DNA from: a virus | Lineage: Duplodnaviria > Caudoviricetes | Direction: 5' to 3' (one strand) | DNA: 37,376 bases | IMG/VR virus record: IMGVR_UViG_3300037465_000562 | Coordinates: 1 to 37,376 of that record | Part shown: piece after piece, positions 26,328 to 36,052 of the stretch | Layout: every line of letters starts with the position of its first letter | Numbering within the stretch: position 1 is the stretch's first letter | Position numbers and translations under genes: made by a program | The notes under the pieces: model-generated | Databases searched by the model: none | What the model saw: only the letters and a program-made list of their open reading frames with translations | What the model was told of the DNA's origin: nothing

Positions 26328-28163
26328 TCACCCCATCCACCGCGACCGGATCACGCGCGGCGGCTCGGCTGGCCGGCCGGGCGCCGGCGCGCCCTTCGTG
26401 GGCGCCGCGCCCATGGCGTCGGCTTCCGCGTTGAGCCGCAACCCCATGCTGATGAGGCCGTGCAGCGCGGCCATGGCATAGACGGTGGTATCGAGCGCCT
26501 CGTTTCGCTCGCCTTCGCGGCGCGGTTGCCAGAGCCGGATCGGTCGGCCGCGCTCGAAACGCGTGACGACGCGCTCGGCGGTGAGCTGGCGGAAAAACTC
26601 GGCATCGCGTTCCATCGGGAAATGCAGCGCGCCGGGTCCGGGTTCGGTGAGGCGAAGCCGCGCGAACAGCGCGTCCTTGGCGGCATCGACGCCGATGACG
26701 AACAGCGGCGCCTTGCCCTTGGTGCGTGAGGGCCGCCGCGGCCAGAGCGGCAGGCCCGGTCCGCCGCGGCCCTTGATCGCCCAGATGCGGCGATGAAGCC
26801 GCGTGCGGCAATATTCGTAAGCGGCCTTGGTGTGCTGCCCGCCGGTATCGACCGCGACCGCGCGGATGACAAGATCGGCGACGGCGCGCGCGTGCGGATA
26901 GGTGGCGGCGAGCGCCGTATCGAGATCGGTCCACACGCGCGGGCCGGACAGATCGCCGAAGATCACGCGATAGTCGATCGACCAGGCTTCCTCGTCGCGG
27001 CCCCAGCCGATCACGTGCAGTTCGAGCCGATCGCCTTGCACGTCCACGCCGGCGGTGAGCACCGCGACGCGCTCGGGCAGCAATCCTCCCCAATCCTCGC
27101 GGCGCGCCATCAAGGGCTCGGCGTCGATCACCTCGCCGGCCTGGTCCTCCCAGGTTTCGGCGAGCTTGGTGTTGGTCCAGACCTGAAGCCGCGCCGGGTC
27201 GCAATGAACCTGGCCGTGCTCGATGGCGATTTCGGCCCAGGTCTCGAACGGCGAATAGAGGCTCGACAGATGGAAGCCGGCGGTCTTGCCGTCGCCGGTG
27301 GCGGTCGCGCGCCAGCGGCCCGAAGCGAGCAGCGCCGGCTTCATGTGCTCCTCGTGCACCGAACCACAGTCCGGGCAGACGCGGTGCGCGCGGTCGCGCC
27401 GGCCTTCCGGCCATTGAATCTGCGCCCAGGTGATCGGCGCGTAGCTGCCGCAATCCGGGCAGCGCACCTCGAAGATGCGCTTGTCCGATTCCTCATAAGC
27501 CGCTTCGATGCGCGAGAAGCCTTTCAAGGTCGGCGTCGAGACGAGCACGATCTTGCGCCGGCCGCGGAAGGTGACCGTGCGCTGGATGGCGAGCGCGACC
27601 GGGTCGCCTTCGCCCGACACGTCGGAGGGATAGGCGTCCACCTCGTCGAGGAAGAGATAGCGCGCCGGCGTTGAGCGCAGGCCCACGCCCGAGGCGGCGC
27701 CGACCATGACGAGTTGCCCGCCGGGGAAGAGCTTGCGGAATTGGCTGTTGCCCGGCTCCTTCTTGCCGGGTTCGGCGACGCGCTCGCGCAGCGCCGGGCA
27801 CGCGGCGATCATCGGATCGACGCGCGTCGAGGTATTGCGCCGCACCGCGTCCATGGTCGGTTGCACCATGAGCATCAGCCCGGGCGCATGGTGGATGACA
27901 TAGCCGAGTCAGTTCAGGCCGGCCTCGGTGCCGCCGAGCTGCGCGCCCTTCATGAACACCACGCGCTCGGTTGGATCGCGCGCCGAAAGGCAATCCATGA
28001 TCTCGCGGAGATAGGGCGTGCGGGCGGTGCGCCAGCGGCCGGGCTCGGCGGACAGATCGGGCAGGATGCGGTGCTCGTCCGCCCATTGCGAGACGGTCAA
28101 CGGCGGCTCGGGCGCCGCGCCCTCGCGCCAAATTTCATCGACCCAGGCGGCGACCTCATCCAT
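26328..28163 (-). pseudogene. terL: GpA-family terminase large subunit with an in-frame TGA
   Basis: GGTEAGLN*LGY: TGA at 27909-27911 where element 1 has TGG (Trp); same frame on both sides. Confidence 0.92.
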
Positions 28164-28680
28164 CGCGCAGCTCCGGTAATGGGATGCGCGCAAGATCGAC
28201 AAGATGCTCGCGCATGAGCCGGTCGAGGGCGGCGAAGGTACGCGCCGGATCGGCGCCGAGCTCGGCGGCAAGCAGCGGCGTCACGCGCGCGACCCACGCC
28301 ATGTGGGCATCGCGCTCGGCCTTGGCGCGGGCGAACACCGCGACCTTCACGGCGGATCGGTTCACGAGATCGCCGCGCTCGCGTTCGAGGGCGAGCTTAG
28401 CGCGCTGGACCTTGACGATTTCGTGCAGGCGGCGCGCTTCCGCGAGCGAGGGCGTGGCGCCGGCGACACCGCCCTTGCCGCGCCGGTCGGGATCGAGGTT
28501 GTCCTCCATCCAGCGCAGGCCGGCCTCGACTTCGATCCGGCCGTCAGGCAAGACCGGAAGCCCTTGCGCGATCAGTTGCGAGATGCGCCCGCGCGTGAGC
28601 CCGACACGTTCGGCGAACGCCGCCTTGGTGACGGCGCCTGTTTGTGAGTCAACCCTGGCGCCTGCCGCTAGTTTAGGCAT
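28156..28680 (-). CDS. terS: Putative terminase small subunit
   Basis: Homolog of 11805-12314 (TKAAFAERVGLTRGRISQLIAQGLP); start MPKL as in element 1. Confidence 0.75.
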   Translation of the reverse strand: MPKLAAGARVDSQTGAVTKAAFAERVGLTRGRISQLIAQGLPVLPDGRIEVEAGLRWMEDNLDPDRRGKGGVAGATPSLAEARRLHEIVKVQRAKLALERERGDLVNRSAVKVAVFARAKAERDAHMAWVARVTPLLAAELGADPARTFAALDRLMREHLVDLARIPLPELRDG

Positions 28681-28707
28681 TTGTGCCTCCGCAGAACGGC
28701 GAAGGGC

Positions 28708-28751
28708 CGCGCCTTCGCCCCCCGCATACGAAATCGCCCAAGAGGAACCGC
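28708..28751 (-). other. Putative cos site of element 2
   Basis: Minus strand GCGGTTCCT-CTTGGGCGATTTCGTATGCG-GGGGGCGAAGG-CGCG; same length and near-identical offset from terS as in element 1. Confidence 0.7.
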
Positions 28752-28811
28752 GCGGTATTGTTACGAATAACGTCGCGTTGCGGCCAATGGCCGTCGATGG
28801 CGGCACCGGGT

Positions 28812-28955
28812 GGTGATGTCGGTGAAGTCGGTGATTCCGTATCTCTATTATCTACGAAATCTTTTCTCGCTCCCTGCTTGCAAATTGCAAAAAGCGCGCG
28901 CGCGTGAGGGGGAAAATAATGGAGATAGAGAATCACCGACTTCACCGACATCACC
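28812..28955. repeat. Putative replication origin of element 2 (inverted iterons)
   Basis: Perfect 26-bp IR GGTGATGTC-GGTGAAGTC-GGTGATTC (28812-28837 / 28930-28955) flanking an AT-rich core with a (GC)n run. Confidence 0.7.
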
Positions 28956-31029
28956 GATGGACGAGGCTGGTTGCGGCGGCGATCCGCTCCCGGATCGCCA
29001 GCTCTTTTCGCGCATAAATCATCTGGCGCCTGCCGCCGATCTTCCATTGACCGTCCCGGACATCGGCGGGATTGCGCACGGCGACGTAGCCAGCGGCTTC
29101 GAGCCGATGCGGGATTTGCCGCGCGTTGCGGCGGTCGGTCAGGAAGTCGCGGAAGGAGACGCTGCTGGCGGCATTGGCGAGCTGGCTTATCGTGAGCGCG
29201 GGCGGATTGCCGAGTACCTCGATGGCGTCGGCCATCTCGGCGTCTTCCGGCGCCCGGTTCGCCGCCACGATGTCGTGCCAGGCCGCGGTCTTGGGCGGCG
29301 GCGCCTTCGCGTCGAAGGCGGAAAGATCGACATTGCGCAGCCACGCGGCGACGTTGGCGATGCCGCCGGCGGCATACCAGGCGTAAAGATCGCGCCAATA
29401 GCCGTCCGGAAAGTCATCGCGCGTGAGGTCCGACCACGCCACGAAATGGCGGCGATCGTCGGCGGGCAGATAGATGCCGTCCGTCTTGTGGTTCGTGGTC
29501 ATGATGACCCCGCAGACATTGGGGACGCAGTGCTCGCGGATGTTCTTCTCATCGACGCGCAGCACGTCGGGCGGCGCCGCGACATAGACCTTGCTGTGCT
29601 CGTAGAACGAATACCGGTCGATCTCGCCGAGGTCGCGGGTTTCGCTGATCCGCAAGATCACGCTTTTGACGAAGCCGTTGAAGCGCCCGAGCAGGTGCGA
29701 CGGCGAGATGTCCATGAAGTTCCACGGACAGATCGCCGCCTTGACCGGCTCGAGGATGGTATCTTTGCCGATGCCCTGGGCGCCGCCGAGCACGAGCGCG
29801 TGGTTGATTTTTTCGCCTGGCCGCTGGACGCGATGAGCTAGCCAAAGAGCCACGTGCTCGGCGTCGTCGCCGAACAGCCGGTGCAGGTGATCGAGCCACG
29901 GCGCGATGTCTGAGGCGTCGCCCTCCGGCAGGCACGGCGGCCGGTAGAGATTGAACACCGTCGCTCCGCGGTGATCGATCCAGCCGCCTTGGGAGATCAG
30001 GCGGTGGCGAATGATTTTCGGCTCGCCCGGCGCCCACGTCATTTGTTCGACGGGACGGTGCCGATCGAGCCACTTGCTGGCGGCGAGCTCCTCGCCGTCC
30101 GCGCATACCGTGCCGAGCCGGGCGTTCACGCTCGCGGCCGGCCAAAGTTCGCCCGCGGGCTCGAAAATATACTGATGCATGGGCATGTAGGCCCAGAACG
30201 ACTCCAAGGTGACCGGCTCGCCCTGCCGATCGCTTCCGGCGCGCCGGTCGGTTTCCCCCTCAACCGTTGCCGCAAGGCGCGCGAGTTCCTCGGCGGTGCC
30301 GCCGCGCGCGAGCCAGTCCGAGACGTCTTCCTTCGGGCCGAGGCCGGGAAGGCGCACGATGCGCACCCGTGCGGCGACGGCCTGAAGACTCGCCGCGACA
30401 TCTTTCGCGTGCGCTTCGCCGGCGGCATCGTTGTCGGGCAGAATCACCACGTCGGCGCCGCGAAAGTACGCGGCAAATTCCTGGCGCCATTTGCCCGCCC
30501 CGCCCGGGTTGCAGGTGGCAACGAGGCCGAACCGTTCGAGGGCGAGCACGTCCTTCTCGCCCTCGACCACATGCACCGTCCGTCCGTTTGCGGCGAGAAG
30601 CTGCGGAAGGCGGAACGGCACGCGGCGGACGTGGCCGAGGCTCCAAATCCAGCCGCCGCGGCCATCGGGTCGCCGCTGGCGAAAGTCCTTGGGCTCGAAG
30701 CGCACCACCTCGAAGACCACGGCTCCGCGCTCGTCGGTGTACGGATAAACCGCGACGGGCTGGCGCGCGTTAACCGGAAGCTCGATCCCGAGTTCGGACT
30801 TGAGCCAGGCAACGGCCTCGCCATTGGCGCGCTCGGCGTGGCGCTCGATTAGCACCAGCACGCCGCCGCCGGTCTGGTGTTCGTGATCGAACCAGACGCC
30901 TTTCGCAAGATCGATCGCAAGCGAGCCGCGCGAGCCGTAACGCCATTCGGTTTGCGTGCTGAGCGCCCGATTCGGCTCGCCGAGGAGCCGCCGCGCGACT
31001 GCGCCCATGCAACGACCCCAATCGGTCAT
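28951..31029 (-). CDS. TOPRIM primase fused to an SF3/DUF5906-like helicase
   Basis: VVEGEKDV, ILPDND, KEDVSDW primase motifs; Walker A GGAQGIGKDT, TTNH, DDRRH; ATG 31029 by ATGA overlap. Confidence 0.88.
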   Translation of the reverse strand: MTDWGRCMGAVARRLLGEPNRALSTQTEWRYGSRGSLAIDLAKGVWFDHEHQTGGGVLVLIERHAERANGEAVAWLKSELGIELPVNARQPVAVYPYTDERGAVVFEVVRFEPKDFRQRRPDGRGGWIWSLGHVRRVPFRLPQLLAANGRTVHVVEGEKDVLALERFGLVATCNPGGAGKWRQEFAAYFRGADVVILPDNDAAGEAHAKDVAASLQAVAARVRIVRLPGLGPKEDVSDWLARGGTAEELARLAATVEGETDRRAGSDRQGEPVTLESFWAYMPMHQYIFEPAGELWPAASVNARLGTVCADGEELAASKWLDRHRPVEQMTWAPGEPKIIRHRLISQGGWIDHRGATVFNLYRPPCLPEGDASDIAPWLDHLHRLFGDDAEHVALWLAHRVQRPGEKINHALVLGGAQGIGKDTILEPVKAAICPWNFMDISPSHLLGRFNGFVKSVILRISETRDLGEIDRYSFYEHSKVYVAAPPDVLRVDEKNIREHCVPNVCGVIMTTNHKTDGIYLPADDRRHFVAWSDLTRDDFPDGYWRDLYAWYAAGGIANVAAWLRNVDLSAFDAKAPPPKTAAWHDIVAANRAPEDAEMADAIEVLGNPPALTISQLANAASSVSFRDFLTDRRNARQIPHRLEAAGYVAVRNPADVRDGQWKIGGRRQMIYARKELAIRERIAAATSLVHR

Positions 31030-31493
31030 GCGCGGCCCGCCTCGACGGTCACCAGCAGGATCGGCAGGTTCGGGTTCGCCGCCTGGATGAACTCGACCCA
31101 CGCGATTTCCTGTTCGGGCCGCGTTTCGACAATCACCACGAAGCGGCGACCGAGCGCCGCCAGGGTGCTCATCGCGGCATAGACGTGCTCGGGCGGCGCG
31201 CTCGAAATGACCGCGGTTTCGGTCGCGAGCTGGAACAGACGGCGCATGGACGGCTTGTGAAAACCGTCCGGCCCGAGCGCGCGGTCGGTATCGTCGCCGA
31301 TGATGACGATCGAAGCGTCCCGCGCTTCGTCGAGCGCTTCGTCCAGGCTGTCCCGGCATTGCGGCGCAATCAACGCGCTGACGCCGAAATCGCGGACCGC
31401 CTCGAACACCGGGTTGAGGTGTGGCGCCCGCATGTTCTTGCCGATGATCTCGGAAATCCGCTCGCGGGTGACGGTGAAGTGCTCAGCGGCCAT
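31026..31493 (-). CDS. Hypothetical protein
   Basis: Coupled within the early operon, AGGAG RBS, normal composition. Confidence 0.75.
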   Translation of the reverse strand: MAAEHFTVTRERISEIIGKNMRAPHLNPVFEAVRDFGVSALIAPQCRDSLDEALDEARDASIVIIGDDTDRALGPDGFHKPSMRRLFQLATETAVISSAPPEHVYAAMSTLAALGRRFVVIVETRPEQEIAWVEFIQAANPNLPILLVTVEAGRA

Positions 31494-31713
31494 GGTGGCG
31501 CTCCTGTTCTTCGATCCAGGCGAGGATGGTGCTGCGGCGGGCGGCGATCTGGTTGCCGAGCCGGAAATGCGGGAACGGGCGCTTGCAGCCGGCGGTGGTC
31601 AGGTAATAGACGCGCCGTTGGAAGCGCTCGGCGTCCGAGCCGTAGATGAAGCGGGCAATCGCCGCGGCGCCGACGATCAGGTCGGACGCGATGGAAGGAG
31701 GGCGCGCGGTCAT
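31483..31713 (-). CDS. Small AlpA/excisionase-like DNA-binding protein
   Basis: DLIVGAAAIARF...RRVYYL...PHFRLGNQIAARRSTILAWI; homolog of 15168-15386. Confidence 0.8.
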   Translation of the reverse strand: MTARPPSIASDLIVGAAAIARFIYGSDAERFQRRVYYLTTAGCKRPFPHFRLGNQIAARRSTILAWIEEQERHHGR

Positions 31714-31976
31714 CGGCCCCTCCGCGCGCGCGGCGCCGCCGGCGAGCGATCGGCCTCCCGCTCGTTCCTGACGAGCCATTCGCGCACCGCTTCGACGCGA
31801 TAGTAGATGCGCCGGCCGAACTGGACGTAAGGCGGCGCCTGGCGCAGCTGGCGGTCGCGCTGGCAGGTGCGAAGGCTCACGCCGCGCCGGCGGGCGTACT
31901 CCTCTTCCGACACATAGCCTGCGAGAAAATCCGGCTCGCCGGCGGTCGCGCCGTTCGGCGAAATCGTCTGGTCCAT
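31710..31976 (-). CDS. Excisionase-like winged-HTH protein
   Basis: SEEEYARRRGVSLRT...PPYVQFGRRIYYRVEAVREWL; GAGGAG RBS. Confidence 0.8.
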   Translation of the reverse strand: MDQTISPNGATAGEPDFLAGYVSEEEYARRRGVSLRTCQRDRQLRQAPPYVQFGRRIYYRVEAVREWLVRNEREADRSPAAPRARRGR

Positions 31977-32178
31977 CGTGCTCCTCTCATTGCTGCGCGG
32001 CGCAACCGTGCGCCGGGTCGCGACGAAAAGAGCCGTTCGGCCGAACCGGATAAACGACGATAAATTGCCCCGGAAAATTTCCTTTTCCGGTTCTCGAAGA
32101 ACCCTGATTTCTCAGAAACTTACCTGTTGCTCGCGGCGCCCGACGCGGCCTGACTAGGGCACTCGAAAGGAGTGCTCC

Positions 32179-32418
32179 ATGACCCGACGCCGCAAACCGC
32201 ACCCCGCCGACCTTGCCGCCGCTGAAATCCTCGCGCGGGCTGTCCGCTTCGATGTGGCGCTCTTCCTCGGGACCGGCCGCTACGCGACAGCTTCGGCGCT
32301 GACACTTGAAGATGCCAAGACGGAAGCGGCGCGCCTTGCGGCCGAGAACCCGGGTTCGCGACGCCCGATGATCTATGGGATCACCGCCGAGGGGCGGTCG
32401 GCTCTGGTGACGACTTAG
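32179..32418 (+). CDS. Hypothetical small protein, divergent from the early operon
   Basis: AAAGGAG RBS, 79 aa, plausible composition. Confidence 0.6.
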   Translation: MTRRRKPHPADLAAAEILARAVRFDVALFLGTGRYATASALTLEDAKTEAARLAAENPGSRRPMIYGITAEGRSALVTT

Positions 32419-33124
32419 CATCCGTGTTCGAGCGCCGCTTCGCCTTGGAGCTTTTGCCCTTCGCCGCGTTGAACTCTCGGCGAATCGTCTCTTCGACGCT
32501 CTTCGCCTTCATGGGCGTCTCGTCTGGATGTGTCCGCCTTAGCCACGCCGCAAGAATCGCTGCCTCGACGCGGAGAACGTCACCGACTTCGCCCTTGGCA
32601 AGTCGGCGCCGAAGCTCCTCCAATATGAGCGGTGCCGGACTCGGTCGGCCCCGCTTGCCAGGTTTGACGGGCTCAGGCAGCGCAACGTGCCGCGGTCCGA
32701 TCCGAACGTCGTAAAGGACTTCGCCTCCGGGCGAGTTCACCGTGCTGACATCCAGATCGCCGAGCGACAGCGTGCGCCAAGCCGCCGCCGGAATCTCGGT
32801 CCAAGGCGCAAGCGGCGACTTCAAGCGAGCCCACGCCGTGATCTGACCTTCGATCAATTTGTCGATGAAGCTTTGCTGAAGGCGCTTCCCGGCAATGAGC
32901 TTTTGCTTCAGCAGTTCGTGGCCGTGGGCATCGAACGGGCTGAGCTCGTAACCCTCGACCTTTCGCGGCGTCCCAATGTAGTGCCATTTGCCTTCTGCAC
33001 GCAGCCGCCGGTCCAATTCGATCCATTCGTTGAAGACCGCTGGATCGAGATAACGTTTGTAGGCCTCCCGCAGAGGAACAGCATTCGCGGCTTCGGCGGG
33101 CAGCCCTTCGGGATGTGAGTTCAC
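32381..33124 (-). CDS. Hypothetical protein co-transcribed with int (candidate regulator)
   Basis: GTGA overlap with integrase stop; KRGRP AT-hook-like motif and helical C-terminus. Confidence 0.65.
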   Translation of the reverse strand: MNSHPEGLPAEAANAVPLREAYKRYLDPAVFNEWIELDRRLRAEGKWHYIGTPRKVEGYELSPFDAHGHELLKQKLIAGKRLQQSFIDKLIEGQITAWARLKSPLAPWTEIPAAAWRTLSLGDLDVSTVNSPGGEVLYDVRIGPRHVALPEPVKPGKRGRPSPAPLILEELRRRLAKGEVGDVLRVEAAILAAWLRRTHPDETPMKAKSVEETIRREFNAAKGKSSKAKRRSNTDAKSSPEPTAPRR

Positions 33125-34392
33125 GCGGCCTCCTTCGGTGTCACGTCTTTCATCTGCGGTTCGGGCAGCATGAACGCGCCGACCATCTCCGCTGCTTTCC
33201 GCATCGGATCGTCATAGAGGTGTGCGTAGCGCTGTGTCGTTTGCACCTGCGTATGACCGAGCATTTGGCCGATCAGCGGGAGCGAGGCGCCACCCGAAAC
33301 CAGGATCGAGGCGAAGGAGTGCCGAAGGTCGTGCAGCCGCACATTCGGCACCTCGATCATGACCGGGTTGCCGTTGCGGTCGCGGACGACCTTGCCCTTT
33401 CGCGATCTTTTCTCGACCTTCTCGACGAGCCCTGCCTTCCTGCACACCGAAACCCACGTCCGCTTGATGTCGGTCAGCGGCTTGCCGTCGGCGCCGGGGA
33501 AGACATACGGGCCGGTGGCGGTCTCCTTTATTTCCTTGAGCAATCGAATCGCATGGCCGCTCAACGGCACCCGATGCAGCTTGCGCTGCTTGGTGTGGGC
33601 GCTCGGCTTGGTCCAGATGCCGTTCTCAAGATCGAACATCGACCATGTTGCGCCGAGCACCTCGCCGCGGCGCGCGCCGGTCAGCATGAGGAGCTTGATC
33701 GCATTCGCCGATACCGGCTCGGAATGCTCCTGAAGCGCCCGGGCGAGCGCCGCGATCTCGACCTTGTTGAGATAGCGGTTCCGCCGCTCCTCCGGGTTGC
33801 GCCGCACGCCCGAGGCCGGATTGTCCGTGCGCCACTTCCAGCGGATCGCAAGGTTGAAGGCCTTGCGCAGCACCTCGACCGTTCGGTTGGCGCGGATCGG
33901 CGTGCCACGGATGGTGGTAATGTCGCGATGGAGCGCGTCGATGTCCTCGTGCGAAACCGCCGCCACCTTCATCTTGCCGAAGCGCGGAAGCACGATCTGC
34001 TCCCACATCATCGTCTCGTCCTTCTGCGATCGCGCCGCCTTGGTCGGAAGATGCTCGGCGCGATAGCGCTCCCAAAGATCGGCAACGGTGGTCGCGGTGC
34101 GCTCCTCATGGCGTTCGGCCATGGGATCGCGGCCGAGATCGACTTCACGCTTGATCGCCTTCGCGGCTTCGCGCGCGGCGGCGACGGACCAATCGGGATA
34201 GGAACCGATCGTGATCCGCCGTTGCCGCCCGCCGGCGCGGTAATCGAGCATGAAGCTCTTGCCGCCGCCGGGCGATACGCGCAGGCAGAAACCTTTCACT
34301 TCGGAGTCCCAAAGAAGCGCCGATCCGCGTGCGGCGGGGAGCGCCTTTCGGACCATGGCGTCGGTCAGGCGTTGCGAATTGGAAGCGGACAT
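33121..34392 (-). CDS. int: Tyrosine integrase of element 2 (P4-like, arm-binding DUF4102-like N-terminus)
   Basis: LWDSEVKGFCLRV..GG.KSF...RRITIGSYP; TGARRGE, HTKQ, LHDLRH, LGHTQ, TQRYAH; transcribed away from att. Confidence 0.96.
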   Translation of the reverse strand: MSASNSQRLTDAMVRKALPAARGSALLWDSEVKGFCLRVSPGGGKSFMLDYRAGGRQRRITIGSYPDWSVAAAREAAKAIKREVDLGRDPMAERHEERTATTVADLWERYRAEHLPTKAARSQKDETMMWEQIVLPRFGKMKVAAVSHEDIDALHRDITTIRGTPIRANRTVEVLRKAFNLAIRWKWRTDNPASGVRRNPEERRNRYLNKVEIAALARALQEHSEPVSANAIKLLMLTGARRGEVLGATWSMFDLENGIWTKPSAHTKQRKLHRVPLSGHAIRLLKEIKETATGPYVFPGADGKPLTDIKRTWVSVCRKAGLVEKVEKRSRKGKVVRDRNGNPVMIEVPNVRLHDLRHSFASILVSGGASLPLIGQMLGHTQVQTTQRYAHLYDDPMRKAAEMVGAFMLPEPQMKDVTPKEAA

Positions 34393-34401
34393 GCGGCCCC
34401 C

Positions 34402-34421
34402 GAGTCAACAATGAGTCAACA
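34402..34421 (+). repeat. Integrase arm-type repeats of element 2 (right arm)
   Basis: GAGTCAACA x2, 11-bp period, matching 17401-17421. Confidence 0.8.
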
Positions 34422-34561
34422 CGCCTAGTGGCTAAATCTGGTATTCCGGTTGCGTCGGATGTCGTCCGGTTTCGTCTGATTTCTGCATCACGTCAAAGGC
34501 TTAATGCAATTGTGCCGAAAACGGCCCGGAAAATCAACACACAAGATGTAGTGCTACAACC

Positions 34562-34608
34562 GGCTCATAACCTGAAGGTCGTAGGTTCAAATCCTACCCC
34601 CGCAACCA
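34562..34608 (+). repeat. Distal att site (tRNA-fMet 3' half)
   Basis: 47-bp copy of 79-125 with the same 2 substitutions as 17288-17332. Confidence 0.97.
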
Positions 34609-34793
34609 CCTTTGCCGAACGGTAGCGTCCAGCATCTTTCGCACTTTCGCTCACGCGACGACGGCTCCGTAGGCTTCGGTATTGGCCGCGTGCAGCGGGT
34701 CCATGTTCATGTACTTGCGGGTTGACCACTGGGTCGCCGCGATGTGTCGGAGGCGCGCCGCGGCGAGGTTCAGGCAGCGCTGGCCGTCCGGGA

Positions 34794-34835
34794 GTGAGGC
34801 CCGCCCCGCCACCGGTTCAAGGGGCCGGGCCGAAC
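34794..34835 (+). repeat. 41-42 bp hairpin insertion element, copy 1
   Basis: GTGAG-GCCCGCCC-CGCCACCGGTTCAAG-GGGCCGGGC-CGAAC interrupting VVG[AF]PDG. Confidence 0.8.
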
Positions 34836-35377
34836 GCCGACCACGCGGGTGCGTCGTCGGATCTCGCGCATGATCCGCTCCAGCGGGTTGTTGGTCCGGA
34901 GCTTGATCCAGTGGCAGTCGGGGAAGGCGTAGAAGGTCAGGGTCTCGCCGACATGGGCCTCGACGAGCTCCGCCGCGCGCACGAGACGCTGGCGGCGGAG
35001 CTCGTCGACCACCGCCTGCGCCTTGCTCTCCGCGGTCGGGCGGCTCTCCTGGGCGTGGATCGCCTTGAGCATGTGGCTGACCTCGCGGACCTTGGTCGAT
35101 GGCACGTGGCTGAAGACGTTGCGGTAAAAATGCACGACACAGCGTTGCCAGCGGGCATCCGGCAGGTACTCGGCGGCGCTCTCGACCAAGCCCCGGCAGG
35201 CATCCGAGACGATCAGCTCGACCCCCTTCAGCCCGCGGTCGACCAGGTGGCGCAGGAAGGCCGACCAGCCCGACTTGTCCTCCTTGGCGCCCTCGCAGAT
35301 GCCGAGGATCTCCCGGTAGCCCTCCGAGGTCACGCCGATCGCCACCAAGAGCGAGACGTTCCGGACCTCGCCCGCCC

Positions 35378-35418
35378 GTTCGCCATCGGGCTCGGACCGA
35401 TGGCGCCCGATGGCTCAC
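35378..35418 (-). repeat. 41-42 bp hairpin insertion element, copy 2
   Basis: GTGAG-CCATCGGG-CGCCATCGGTCCGAG-CCCGATGG-CGAAC interrupting MKR[SW]AGEV. Confidence 0.85.
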
Positions 35419-35543
35419 CGCTTCATCACGATGCCGTCGAGAAAGACGTAAGGGTGCGCGCCCTCGATCGGCCGGTTCCGCCACGCCTCGATCTTGGCAT
35501 AGATCTTCTTGTTGAGGTTCGAGACCGTGCTCGGGCTGACCCG

Positions 35544-35585
35544 GTCGCCATTGTCGCTCGGACCAATGGCGCTCTCAATGGCGAC
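35544..35585 (-). repeat. 41-42 bp hairpin insertion element, copy 3
   Basis: GTCGCCATTG-AGAG-CGCCATTGGTCCGAG-CGA-CAATGGCGAC interrupting ALW[GT]RVSPS. Confidence 0.8.
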
Positions 35586-36052
35586 CCCACAGCGCCTCGG
35601 TGATGTCCTCGACCCGGCGCACCGACACGCCGGCGAGGTACATCTCGATCAGCGCCTCCTCGGCCGAGCTCTCCCGGCGCCGGTAGCGCTCGATGATCGC
35701 CGTCTCGAAGGTCTGACGTCGCAGCTTCGGAACCTTCAGGCTGACCTTGCCGGCCTTGGTCTCGAGGTTGCGCTCATAGCTCCCGGCCCGGGTGTCCTTG
35801 CGCGCCTCGCTGCGCTCATAGCGGCCCGCGCCGCAGAGCCGGTCCGCCTCGGCGTCGAGCATCGCGTTCAGCGCCTCTTCCACCGTCCCGCGCACCATCT
35901 CGCCCAGGTAATCCCGGATCCGCCCCTCGTCGATCTGGATCACCTGACCCATCGGCTTGCTCTCCGTCCTCTCGTGCATGCTCAGCTCCTCTCAGCTACC
36001 CTGAAAGGAGCCGCCGCGCTCGGCAAATGTGCGAAAGATCCTGTACGTTATC

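Larger units (their letters stand above)
17288..34608. mobile_element. Element 2: related tail-less capsid-encoding satellite, decaying
   Basis: Bounded by identical 45-bp tRNA 3' repeats; same head-gene order; own integrase, primase-helicase and arm repeats; terL nonsense and DUF2190 frameshift. Confidence 0.9.
34651..35979 (-). pseudogene. IS256 transposase broken by three 41-42 bp insertions
   Basis: Fragments MYLAGVSVRRV, RGLKGVELIVSD, WQRCVVHF, RTNNPLER in different frames. Confidence 0.9.
34621..36052 (-). mobile_element. IS256-family element, inactivated
   Basis: 27-bp terminal IRs with 5 mismatches (GGTAGCGTCCAGCATCTTTCGCACTTT / GATAACGTACAGGATCTTTCGCACATT); no target duplication seen. 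Confidence 0.88.

Noticed and set aside
27909-27911. TGA in terL as recoded Trp or programmed readthrough
   Set aside because: TGA is the normal stop for most genes in both elements, and a second lesion in DUF2190 points to decay
28812-28955. CRISPR array or simple repeat
   Set aside because: Short inverted iterons without spacers; no cas genes
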